A stretch of DNA of 45,015 nucleotides from a bacterium (lineage in GTDB: Bacteria > JACRDZ01 > JAQUKH01), in NCBI GenBank assembly GCA_028719205.1, contig JAQUKH010000005.1, forward strand, positions 62,001 through 107,015, written 5' to 3'. Of this stretch, positions 1 through 8,677 are shown piece by piece. The position numbers and the translations under genes are program-made. The notes beneath the pieces are model-generated. The model made no database searches and was not told the origin of the DNA. It saw nothing but the letters and a program-made list of their open reading frames with translations. Numbering within the stretch: the first letter of the stretch is position 1; each line of letters begins with the position of its first letter.

Positions 1-694
1 TTGAATATAAACCGGCTGTGATCGCCCTGAAAAGCATTTTTTCTGAAAACGGATAATCAAAGTCAACCTGGGTTAATTCTCCAAAACCATTATCACTATA
101 CCAGAAAACAGACTGGTGGAAATTCGCCGTCCAGCTTTTGATCTTAATACTGCTTCTTAACAATTTCACACGGCTGTATACAACTGTCCTTTTATCACGG
201 ATAGTAATTCCGGTTCCGAGAGAAAGTACTAATCTTTTTAATTTAAGTAAATAAAATTTTATTCCTGTGCTTACTTCTTCAGCATTTCCGTCAAGAAGCT
301 CCGAACTGGGTAAATTATCCCTTTCATTGTTATTTATTAATATCGATAAATACGGAAAATACAAACTAACATTTATTTTTGTCTTGAATTCCGGATCTTT
401 CCCCTCTTCCTTAAGGCCCTCATACCTGAGCAGGAACTTATCTTCCTGCTGTATATCATCGTATTCCTTATCCTGAAAAAGGTATTCATCTATTTTCTGG
501 GTAATTGACCTGAAATTTTTTCCGATATTTTCTCTTTGCCTGCTTAAGAACCTGGAGGTATTTGTTTTGTTATTGGTATTGTTAATTACCGGTTCTTCTT
601 GAGCATCGGTAATGCAATTAAATATAATTATAAAAACTAAACCAAAAAATATGATTATTTTTTTATTTTTTATATCTTCCCAAGAATGTCCCAT
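1..694 (-). CDS. Exported hypothetical protein, probable outer-membrane beta-barrel (partial, runs off window start; not in ORF track)
   Basis: Manual translation from ATG at 694 is open to position 2: MGHSWEDIKNKKIIIFFGLVFIIIFNCITDAQEE... (signal-peptide-like), later alternating beta-strand patterns such as FHQSVFWYSDNGFGELTQVDFDY. TGnTATAAT lies at 711-703. Confidence 0.7.
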   Translation of the reverse strand, partial: MGHSWEDIKNKKIIIFFGLVFIIIFNCITDAQEEPVINNTNNKTNTSRFLSRQRENIGKNFRSITQKIDEYLFQDKEYDDIQQEDKFLLRYEGLKEEGKDPEFKTKINVSLYFPYLSILINNNERDNLPSSELLDGNAEEVSTGIKFYLLKLKRLVLSLGTGITIRDKRTVVYSRVKLLRSSIKIKSWTANFHQSVFWYSDNGFGELTQVDFDYPFSEKMLFRAITAGLYS

Positions 695-736
695 ATTTTT
701 GGATTATACCAAATATTCAAGGATATTTAATATAAT

Positions 737-801
737 AAAAAAAGCAGCACAATAAAAATCTGCTGCTTTTTTTTCCAGCATACACTCACGTTTATGCTGG
801 A
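737..801. terminator. Intrinsic terminator (probably bidirectional) with an adjacent second hairpin
   Basis: A7-GCAGCA...TGCTGC-T8 at 737-774 and TCCAGCATA...TATGCTGGA at 774-801, just downstream of the stop at 817. Confidence 0.7.
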
Positions 802-816
802 TTTATATTTCTTTAT

Positions 817-1551
817 TTAACTGTTAAAAATAATCTTTCTTTTATGCCTTATTCCTCTTAAATTAAATCTTTCAATACGCATTTTTTTATGCACAATAAC
901 CGTCATTACGCCATTATCACAATTATTTTCTTCAATAAAATCCCTTATTGATTTAAGCTGGACCCATGTCAGGAATTTCTGGCATTCACGAAGTATCTCT
1001 CTGATCTCCTGGAAACCCAGTTTAGCCAGGACAACCATTGAATCACCTGTATCCCAAAAACATTCTTCCATCGCGCTCAAATCCATTTTTTCAACACTAT
1101 GCGCCGCTATTTCGACAAATCTTTCAATTTTGCCATTGTCCATCCACACGAACTGTTTCTTTAAATGGATCCTGATCAGGTCAGCCTGGCAAGTAACTTT
1201 CACATTTTTAACTTTTAGACGGCTATCTTCCATAATTTTATAATGCAGCGGTTCATTAATATTATTGCGCCACTTTTTTATCAAAAAAACTTTTTTACCA
1301 TTGGTAGCTTTAAAATATCCGACTTGCGCCTTATCCCTGCAGGACATTTTGCTGATGGATGAATCTTCTAAAACACTTAATTCCCGTAAATGATGGCCCT
1401 TATGTTCAATTGTAAAATCTTTATAATCATCTTTGGGAACCGAAATAAAATCATTTAAATTCTTATCAAAAACAAAAATCGGAGCATTATCATGATCTGT
1501 CTTTCTCAAGATCTTATTGCATTCCAGACAATGTATAATATCTTTATTCAT
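817..1551 (-). CDS. Hypothetical protein with N-terminal CxxC and HxxHH (possible metal binding)
   Basis: 244 aa ORF overlapping the HD-GYP stop by 8 bp; HCLECN and EHKGHH motifs; no family recognised. Confidence 0.8.
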   Translation of the reverse strand: MNKDIIHCLECNKILRKTDHDNAPIFVFDKNLNDFISVPKDDYKDFTIEHKGHHLRELSVLEDSSISKMSCRDKAQVGYFKATNGKKVFLIKKWRNNINEPLHYKIMEDSRLKVKNVKVTCQADLIRIHLKKQFVWMDNGKIERFVEIAAHSVEKMDLSAMEECFWDTGDSMVVLAKLGFQEIREILRECQKFLTWVQLKSIRDFIEENNCDNGVMTVIVHKKMRIERFNLRGIRHKRKIIFNS

Positions 1552-2671
1552 TAATCATCCTCCTTTTATCGGAATTATTGTCTCCCTCTTCTTCTTCCAG
1601 CAGAATTTCAATAAATACTGCTGCGGCATTAGGATCAAACTGTGTGCCTGAACAGCGCTTAAGCTCCATAATTGCCTCTTTTCTGGTTTTTGCCTTGGAA
1701 TATGGCCTATGGCTCGTCATCGCGTCATAAGAATCAACTATATTTATAATTCTTGCCCCCAACGGTATATCTTCACCCTTTAATCCAAAAGGGTATCCGG
1801 TTCCATCATAGTTTTCATGATGATGTAAAACAATCCGGATAACTTCTCCCGAACCAAACATAGGTTCGAGTATATGCGCGCCTTCTTCCGGATGTTTTCT
1901 TATAATTTTCCATTCTTCAGGATTCAAAGCCCCGCGCCTGAGAAGAATATCATTATTAATTCCAAGCTTGCCAATATCATGAAGAAAACTGGCCCTTTGA
2001 AGATCCAATCTCAATTCAGACGTGATATTCATCTTGTTGCAAATTAAACGCGTATAATAATTAACCCTGTCCGAATGGCCATGCGTGCATGTATCCTTTG
2101 TTTCCAGGGTTCTCGACAACACTTTAATGAAATCCAGATAATCACCTTCTTCATTGCCATCTGTCCTCTGTACATAATTTTGTATGAACGTTCTTGCCTT
2201 GTTAATGACTTCTATTTCCTGTATTTCCCCTTCTGTATTTTGCGTTACAGGCCCTTCAGCCATTCCCAACTCTTTAAATAAACCCTTTAATTCAACATTC
2301 ATACGATGCCGGCGGATACTCTTTTTTACAACACGGTTAACTTCTTCCACATCGAATGGTTTGGAAATATAATCGAACGCCCCATATCTAATCGCCTCTT
2401 TTGCCGTATCTAATGTGCCAAAACCTGTTACAACTATAACTTCAACATTAGGGTTATAAGTCTTAATGGCCTTTAAAGTAGTTATTCCATCCATCTCCGG
2501 CATTCTAAGGTCCAAAGTGATCAGGTCATATTCATCTCTATACAATTTCACGAGAGCGTCTTTACCGTTAATTGCCAAGGCTACGTTATAAGTATTTTTT
2601 AAAACCTGCCTCAAGGATTCACGGGCTCCAAGCTCATCATCCACTATTAAAACATTTGCCTGAGATTTCAT
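1544..2671 (-). CDS. Response regulator with HD-GYP cyclic-dinucleotide phosphodiesterase domain
   Basis: Receiver domain (LIVDDE, DLRMPEMDG, YISKPF) followed by HGHSDRV, LHDIGK, HHENYDGTGYP, DAMTSHRPY. Confidence 0.95.
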   Translation of the reverse strand: MKSQANVLIVDDELGARESLRQVLKNTYNVALAINGKDALVKLYRDEYDLITLDLRMPEMDGITTLKAIKTYNPNVEVIVVTGFGTLDTAKEAIRYGAFDYISKPFDVEEVNRVVKKSIRRHRMNVELKGLFKELGMAEGPVTQNTEGEIQEIEVINKARTFIQNYVQRTDGNEEGDYLDFIKVLSRTLETKDTCTHGHSDRVNYYTRLICNKMNITSELRLDLQRASFLHDIGKLGINNDILLRRGALNPEEWKIIRKHPEEGAHILEPMFGSGEVIRIVLHHHENYDGTGYPFGLKGEDIPLGARIINIVDSYDAMTSHRPYSKAKTRKEAIMELKRCSGTQFDPNAAAVFIEILLEEEEGDNNSDKRRMINE

Positions 2672-2741
2672 AACTGTTCCTTTCTTTGTACACCAAGCGG
2701 TTATGCTTTGATGTAATTATATCCCCTCGCTAATATTAATA

Positions 2742-2757
2742 TGCAATTAATATGCCA
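2742..2757 (-). promoter_or_regulatory. Sigma-54 (-24/-12) promoter for the HD-GYP operon
   Basis: Minus strand TGGCATATTAATTGCA, matching TGGCAC-N5-TTGCA with exact GG-N10-GC spacing, about 70 bp before the ATG at 2671. Confidence 0.85.
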
Positions 2758-2856
2758 GAGAACTATAAAAGCGGAATATATTTTGATAACTACTTATAAA
2801 TAAAAGATATTTATTTTTTATGGATTTTTTTTACGAATCTGAATACGAAGCCTGGA

Positions 2857-2896
2857 TGTGGTATTTATAACACACTGATAAGGTTTTTATACCACA
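2857..2896. promoter_or_regulatory. Tandem putative enhancer (UAS) sites for the adjacent NtrC-type activator
   Basis: TGTGGTATTTATAACACA (2857-2874) and TAAGGTTTTTATACCACA (2879-2896): 14/18 identical, pseudo-palindromic, 22 bp apart, 100-140 bp upstream of the -24 element. Confidence 0.65.
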
Positions 2897-2911
2897 GTTA
2901 GGGGGGGAAGG

Positions 2912-4297
2912 TTACATAAACTCAGTTTTATCGAGATTGAACTTTTTTAGTTTTAAAAAGAAATTTTTCCGGTCCATATCTGCTTCTTGCGCGGCGTGAC
3001 TGATATTCCCGTTATGCTTATTCAGTAATTCAATAAAATATTGCTTCTCAAATTTTTCTTTCGCGTCTTTAAATGTGGATGCGGTTAACTCCTGATTTAT
3101 TATAGCATCAGAATTCTCCATTTTAAATTCGTGAGGAAGATCTCCCGCCTTAATAACATTATCCGGACAGATAGTTGCCAATCTTTCCATAGCATTTTCT
3201 AATTCACGTATATTGCCGGGCCAATGGTAGCTCTTCATTATTTCCATAGCTTCAGGCGATATAATTTTCTTTTCTTTATGTTCTTCACTGCTTATTTTTT
3301 CAAGAAAATGTTCCGCTAATAAGGGAATATCATTTTTTCTCATTCTTAAAGGGGGAATAAAAATAGGAACAACATTTATACGATAAAATAGATCCGCTCT
3401 GAAACGGTTCTCATTAACTTCTTTTTGAAGGTCTTTATTGGTTGCAGTAACCAAACGGATATCCACTGAAATATTATCGGATCCTCCCACTCTCGTAAAT
3501 TCCTTTTCCTGCAGGACACGAAGGATCTTCGCCTGAGTCATAACGCTCAACTCCCCGATCTCATCCAGAAAGAGCGTCCCCTCATGTGCCAGTTCAAACT
3601 TTCCGGGCCGCTGTCTGAAAGCATCCGTAAACGCGCCTTTCTCATGCCCGAAGAGCTCAGATTCGATCAAGGTATCAGGAATTGCCGCGCAATTAATCGC
3701 GATAAAGGGTTTATTTGTCCTGGGGCTGTGATAATGGATCGCTTTTGCCACTAATTCCTTGCCTGTTCCGCTCTCGCCATGAATAAGGATCGTAGCCTTG
3801 GTTTGGGCGGCTTGCTTAATTAATGTATTGACATCTTTTACATCCCGGCTGGTGCCTATAATATCTTCTATTCTATAGGACCTCTTTACCTCAGACCTGA
3901 GATGTTTGACTTCTTCATATAATTCCTTATCCTTTAACGATTTTTTAACTACCAATTTCAATTCTTCAATATTAAAGGGTTTAATAATATAATCATACGC
4001 GCCGGCTTTCATCGCGTTAACCGCAGTATCAACCATTCTGGTGGCAGTGAGTATAATAACCGGCAAACTGCGCTGGGTCTGCTTTATTTTCGCCAGTGTA
4101 TCCAATCCGCTCATCCCGGGCATAACAATATCAAGCATGACCAGATCAAAATCTTTCTCTTTTAAACAAATAATAGCGTCCTCTCCGTTACCTGCCATAA
4201 CAATATCATACATATCATTAAAAACCATACGGAGCGATTCGCGGCTGCTCATCTCATCATCAACTATTAATAATTTCTTTTTTATTTTATTTATCAT
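2912..4297 (-). CDS. Sigma-54-dependent response regulator, NtrC/AtoC family (REC-AAA+-Fis HTH)
   Basis: REC domain; Walker A GESGTGKE; ESELFGHEKGAFTDA; Walker B LFLDEI; FRADLFYR; WPGNIREL; C-terminal GNISHAA HTH. Confidence 0.96.
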   Translation of the reverse strand: MINKIKKKLLIVDDEMSSRESLRMVFNDMYDIVMAGNGEDAIICLKEKDFDLVMLDIVMPGMSGLDTLAKIKQTQRSLPVIILTATRMVDTAVNAMKAGAYDYIIKPFNIEELKLVVKKSLKDKELYEEVKHLRSEVKRSYRIEDIIGTSRDVKDVNTLIKQAAQTKATILIHGESGTGKELVAKAIHYHSPRTNKPFIAINCAAIPDTLIESELFGHEKGAFTDAFRQRPGKFELAHEGTLFLDEIGELSVMTQAKILRVLQEKEFTRVGGSDNISVDIRLVTATNKDLQKEVNENRFRADLFYRINVVPIFIPPLRMRKNDIPLLAEHFLEKISSEEHKEKKIISPEAMEIMKSYHWPGNIRELENAMERLATICPDNVIKAGDLPHEFKMENSDAIINQELTASTFKDAKEKFEKQYFIELLNKHNGNISHAAQEADMDRKNFFLKLKKFNLDKTEFM

Positions 4298-6770
4298 GAC
4301 TTTTTATTTTATTTTGTTCTACAGGAAGGTTTATCGAAATCGTAGTACCCTGGCCTTCCACGCTTTTAATTTTTATTATTCCATTGTGCCCTTCTATGAT
4401 CTGGTGAACAATAGTTAAACCTAATCCCACGGCGCCGTATTTTGTAGTAAAAAACGGATTAAAGATCTTATTTAAATTATTTTCATCAATCCCGCATCCG
4501 GTATCCTGAACGATGATCTCAACAAAATCACCTTCTGTAAGAAAAGATTCATCATACAGCTTTTCGTCCAGATTCCTCAATTGCCTTAATTTCTGATTTT
4601 TTACAACAATTGAAACAACTCCTCCTTTGGGCATTGATTCAATCGCATTAGCTAACACATTACAAAAAACAATTTTAATCTGTTCGGGATCCAGTAAAAT
4701 ATCAAAAGTATCTCCCTCAAAATCCTGTTTTATCTCTATCTTTCTTTTAAGGATCTCATCTTCCAGAATATTCAGAGATCCAAGCACAATCCCCTCTATT
4801 TTGTGCCTGCTGAAATTCGGATTACCTAAATGAGAAAAATTTACCAGTTTCTCGATCAAATTATCCAGCCGTTCGATCTCTTTGGTTACAACCTCATAAT
4901 AATTATTCCTGAACTCTTTATCATTAAATTTCTGCGGCAAAAGCTGAGTAAAGGTTTTTATTGAAACTAACGGATTTTTTATTTCATGAGCCAAACCCGT
5001 TGCCAGTGTAGTTAAAGATTCCAGCCTTTCTGTCCGCCTGATCTGAGTTTCGATCTGCAGGCCTTCTGAAAGGTCAGCAAAAACAACAATCACTCCAACC
5101 AGATTACCGGCTTCATCTCTTAAGTGAGATGTGCTCATGCCGATAGTAACCATCACTTTGTCTTTGGTTGGGATCTTCAATTCAACCCGGACATAAGCTT
5201 TTCCTTCTATCAAGGCGCCAGATATGATCTCAGCAAACTTACTGCCTATTATGCTGACATCTTTGCCTAAAACATCTTCTACCTTATATCCTGTTATATT
5301 TTCGGCACGTTTATTAAAAGTTGTAACCTTATTTTTTATATTAACGGTAATTATCCCGCTCATAATGTTTTTTAAAATATTTTCCTTGGCATCTTTTGTT
5401 TCTAAAATATGGCTGTAAGTTAACGCGCTCTTTATGGCGCTTGCAGCCTGGGCGGAAAGAATATAAAAAAGCTCCAAATCAGGCACTGTATCATTTTTTA
5501 GCTTTTTATCAAATCCTAAATTACAAAATCCGATAAGAAAACCCTCGATGATCAGCGGAGCACAAATATCAGCATTAATATCCTCCATAAACTTGGCCAT
5601 CTCACTATATTCCGGATATACTAATTTATTTTTTAACTCACTGAGGATCAAGATCTTACCATCATCCACTAAAAGCTTGACTAATTGTTTGGAAGGTTTA
5701 AAATAAAATTTTTCTTTTAACTCTTCGGAAAGGCCAACCATATCTTTTATACTATATTCCCAATCGGAATTATCGAGAAGCAGGAGAGATATACTCTCTC
5801 CATGCATAACCTCAAGGATCATATTAATAATAGTTTTTAACAATTCATTTATATTTAAAATGCAATTGATCACATGGCTGAATTTTTTGATCGTTTCACG
5901 GTAATATAAATCATCAGAAGGAGTTATTTGTTTATCTAAAAAGGAGGTGTCAGATTTTAAATTATCAATTAATATTCCGGAGCTGATATCACAGGGAACA
6001 GTTTCATTTTTAATTTCAGGGATATCTGATAAACGTTCTTTGGGAAAGATTATGTCTCTTGGGGATATATATTCATTTTCAGCTAAAACAGCCGCCCGTT
6101 TTATCACACTTTCTAATTCCCGCATATTACCGGGCCAATCGTATGCTGTCAAAACCTCCAATGCTTCTTTAGAAAAACCCTTTAAAATATTTTGTTTATT
6201 ATTCCTGATTATTTTTTCAGCTATTAACGGAATATCATTTTTTCGATGACGGAGCGGAATAAGATTAATAGTCAGGACCGAGAGCCTGTAATATAAATTT
6301 TCATTAAAATTATTTTTTAAAACTTCGCTATAAAGATCCTGCCGGGTAATACCTATAAATCGCATATCTACCTGATACGGATAAAGGCCTTCCATGACAT
6401 CCAGCAATCTGGCCTGAACCGCAGTATCAGTCTTATCGATCCCGGAAATTAATAAAGTCCCCGAATCAGCCAGAGTCAGGGCATAGATATTTTCGCTTTT
6501 GGAATCCAAATCTTTTTTGATCCCGAAAAGCTCGCAATATAAATCCGAAGGAGAAAACACCGCGCAGTTAACGCTCACAAAAGGCCTGCCGCAGCGCGCA
6601 CTTCCCCTATGGATCGCCTGAGCTATGATACCTTTACCTGTTCCTTTTTCCCCTTGAATCAATACAGGTAGGTCACTTTGGCCGGCTTTTTCCACTAAAT
6701 GGCTCAATTCCTGCCCGGACGCACCGATACCGTTCAAATAAATTTCTTTTGCCTCTTCGAAACTAATCAT
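4287..6770 (-). CDS. Histidine kinase with degenerate sigma-54-activator AAA+ domain, GAF, PAS, HisKA and HATPase domains
   Basis: N-terminal GEKGTGK, PFVSVNC, LYYRL, WPGNMREL; then GAF-like region, PAS (FNKRAENITGY), H-box LAHEIKNPL, N-box NVLANAIES, DTGCGI, FNPFFTTK, GLGL. Confidence 0.9.
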   Translation of the reverse strand: MISFEEAKEIYLNGIGASGQELSHLVEKAGQSDLPVLIQGEKGTGKGIIAQAIHRGSARCGRPFVSVNCAVFSPSDLYCELFGIKKDLDSKSENIYALTLADSGTLLISGIDKTDTAVQARLLDVMEGLYPYQVDMRFIGITRQDLYSEVLKNNFNENLYYRLSVLTINLIPLRHRKNDIPLIAEKIIRNNKQNILKGFSKEALEVLTAYDWPGNMRELESVIKRAAVLAENEYISPRDIIFPKERLSDIPEIKNETVPCDISSGILIDNLKSDTSFLDKQITPSDDLYYRETIKKFSHVINCILNINELLKTIINMILEVMHGESISLLLLDNSDWEYSIKDMVGLSEELKEKFYFKPSKQLVKLLVDDGKILILSELKNKLVYPEYSEMAKFMEDINADICAPLIIEGFLIGFCNLGFDKKLKNDTVPDLELFYILSAQAASAIKSALTYSHILETKDAKENILKNIMSGIITVNIKNKVTTFNKRAENITGYKVEDVLGKDVSIIGSKFAEIISGALIEGKAYVRVELKIPTKDKVMVTIGMSTSHLRDEAGNLVGVIVVFADLSEGLQIETQIRRTERLESLTTLATGLAHEIKNPLVSIKTFTQLLPQKFNDKEFRNNYYEVVTKEIERLDNLIEKLVNFSHLGNPNFSRHKIEGIVLGSLNILEDEILKRKIEIKQDFEGDTFDILLDPEQIKIVFCNVLANAIESMPKGGVVSIVVKNQKLRQLRNLDEKLYDESFLTEGDFVEIIVQDTGCGIDENNLNKIFNPFFTTKYGAVGLGLTIVHQIIEGHNGIIKIKSVEGQGTTISINLPVEQNKIKSHDK

Positions 6771-6816
6771 TCCAATCCCTCGCTAATGATTAATCATGCC
6801 GGTAAGGGCGTTAAAT

Positions 6817-7416
6817 TTAACGCCCCTGCTTATTCAATTTTGCCTTAACCTTTTCTGCCCAGAGATGTTCAGGGTAAAGCTTTAAAAAATTTTCATAAGA
6901 TTTTATTGCCTCAGTATTAAGCCCTTCTAATTCATAACATAAACCTATATAATACTGCGCCTGCGGAGCTTCTTCTGAATCAGGATATTCAGTAAGTACG
7001 CGGTTAAAGCTGCCTCTTGCTTCTTTATAGTTCTTAAGGCCATAATCAATCAGTCCAATATTATAAATTGCCTTTACGTCCCAGTATGATCTAAATTGCG
7101 AATTAACTATCTTTTCAAAGTAGGATTTTGCATTTTCATATTTTTCCTGTTTATTCTGGCTATCTCCCAGGCTGAAATATATTCTCGGGACAACTATATT
7201 TTTTGATAACTCTTCCTGCGGATTAGGGTTTTCTTTATTAACCTCCCGCAGAACCTCATTTAATATTTTATCAGCCTCAGTATATTTCTTCTCAGAGACT
7301 AACTCATCTCCCTTTTCCAATTTTTCCCGAATTTCATCGGGTGTAAAACCTGACAATAAAATAAAACTGATCACTCCAATAAAAAATAATTTAACATTTT
7401 TACGGTTAGCATCCAT
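6817..7416 (-). CDS. Exported tetratricopeptide-repeat protein (CpoB/BamD-like)
   Basis: Hydrophobic N-terminus and TPR motifs (AIYNIGLIDY, EYPDSEEAPQAQYYIGLCY, YPEHLWA). Start moved to ATG 7416, which follows a G-rich SD (track start 7455). Confidence 0.85.
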   Translation of the reverse strand: MDANRKNVKLFFIGVISFILLSGFTPDEIREKLEKGDELVSEKKYTEADKILNEVLREVNKENPNPQEELSKNIVVPRIYFSLGDSQNKQEKYENAKSYFEKIVNSQFRSYWDVKAIYNIGLIDYGLKNYKEARGSFNRVLTEYPDSEEAPQAQYYIGLCYELEGLNTEAIKSYENFLKLYPEHLWAEKVKAKLNKQGR

Positions 7417-7463
7417 GATTCCCCCCATTTTCACCTGTAAAAACAAAACACCCATAATAGGAT

Positions 7464-7491
7464 ATTATACCTCAAGTAAAAATTATGTCAA
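7464..7491 (-). promoter_or_regulatory. Sigma-70-type promoter upstream of the TPR gene
   Basis: Minus strand TTGACA-16 bp-TATAAT, both hexamers consensus. Confidence 0.7.
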
Positions 7492-7512
7492 GAACTGGTT
7501 TTTTTCGAAGAA

Positions 7513-7707
7513 TTATGGACGGAATATCCAGAAGAAAAATAAAAAAATAGCGCTCATTTTTAAGAGGAGAAATATTATTTCAGTAACTTCATCTTGTTTG
7601 GTTTTAAATATCGGGCCTACCCGGACCTTTTTCACATTTTGCTTTATTTTTTTCTTTTTGAATATTTTTTTAAATTGCATCTTGAATTCATTATCGGAAA
7701 AGATCAA
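7513..7707 (-). CDS. Small basic protein with C-terminal membrane anchor
   Basis: 64 aa; TTG start 7 nt after the mltG stop with AAGG SD; Lys-rich N-terminus, hydrophobic C-terminus; same strand as neighbours. Confidence 0.5.
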   Translation of the reverse strand: MIFSDNEFKMQFKKIFKKKKIKQNVKKVRVGPIFKTKQDEVTEIIFLLLKMSAIFLFFFWIFRP

Positions 7708-7714
7708 TTTACCT

Positions 7715-8677
7715 TTATATCTTCTTCGAAATTTTTTTATATTTATTTTTAGCTGTTACATGTTCCTGTAATGTACGGCTGAATTCATGAGTTCCGTCCA
7801 GACGGGATACAAAAAACAAAAAATCGCTCTTGGCAGGATTAAAAACACTCTCCAATGCGGATCTCCCGGGATTACCGATCGGCCCGGGCGGAAGTCCATA
7901 ATGGAGATAAGTATTATAAGGCGAATCTATCCTTAAATCATTATTATACAAACTGTTTTTATGCCTTCCAATAGCATACATAACCGTAACACACGATTCG
8001 AGTTTGATCTTTTTACGCAAACGGTTAAGAAAAACAGAAGCAACCATTTTTCTGTCATTATTAGCCTCCTTTTCAACAATAGAGGCTAATATTACACATT
8101 CTCTCAGGTCTAAATTAATTTCTTTATCCTTCCGGGCGGCCAGGGGTAAAATAATATTATTAAATTGTTCTCTCATGAGATCAATGATCTTCTGTTCACT
8201 TATACCTTTGTAGAAATAATAAGTATCCGGGAACAAAAAGCCTTCTTCTTTATTACTTAACGCGACAAATTTTTCTTTATCTACTAATTTTAAACTTGCC
8301 AAAAGTTCCGCTATCTCAACATTCGTATAACCCTCGGGTATGGTTATCCTTATCCCCTTAATTTCACCCAGATGGACTTTTTTTAAAACTTCCTTTGTTG
8401 ATAAAGGTGAAAAAAATTCATATTCCCCGGCCAGAAGGCTTGAATCCCAGCCCGTTATTTTCAGAAAAACTCTGGTAATAAATTCATTTCTGATAATTCG
8501 GTTGGATTTTAATATTTTTATGATCTCTCTTGCTGAAACAGACTGGGGAATGGTTATTATTATTGACTTATTTCCTTCGACAAAATCAAACGGGGAATAA
8601 ATATCATAAAAATATGATCCCGCGAATAGAATAATTATTACTGAACAAAATATTAATATTTTAGTTTTCATCGTCAT
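7715..8677 (-). CDS. mltG: Endolytic peptidoglycan transglycosylase MltG
   Basis: TIPEGY, EGFLFPDTY, LASIVEKEA, SPYNTY, GLPPGPIGNPG. Confidence 0.95.
   Translation of the reverse strand: MTMKTKILIFCSVIIILFAGSYFYDIYSPFDFVEGNKSIIITIPQSVSAREIIKILKSNRIIRNEFITRVFLKITGWDSSLLAGEYEFFSPLSTKEVLKKVHLGEIKGIRITIPEGYTNVEIAELLASLKLVDKEKFVALSNKEEGFLFPDTYYFYKGISEQKIIDLMREQFNNIILPLAARKDKEINLDLRECVILASIVEKEANNDRKMVASVFLNRLRKKIKLESCVTVMYAIGRHKNSLYNNDLRIDSPYNTYLHYGLPPGPIGNPGRSALESVFNPAKSDFLFFVSRLDGTHEFSRTLQEHVTAKNKYKKISKKI

Noticed and set aside
3620-3640. GAFTDA instead of GAFTGA in the NtrC protein as a sign of inactivity
   Set aside because: GAFTDA is a common natural variant, and all other motifs are intact.
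6786-6802. Second sigma-54 promoter (CGGCATGATTAATCAT) upstream of the kinase
   Set aside because: No GC at the -12 position, and too close to the start codon.
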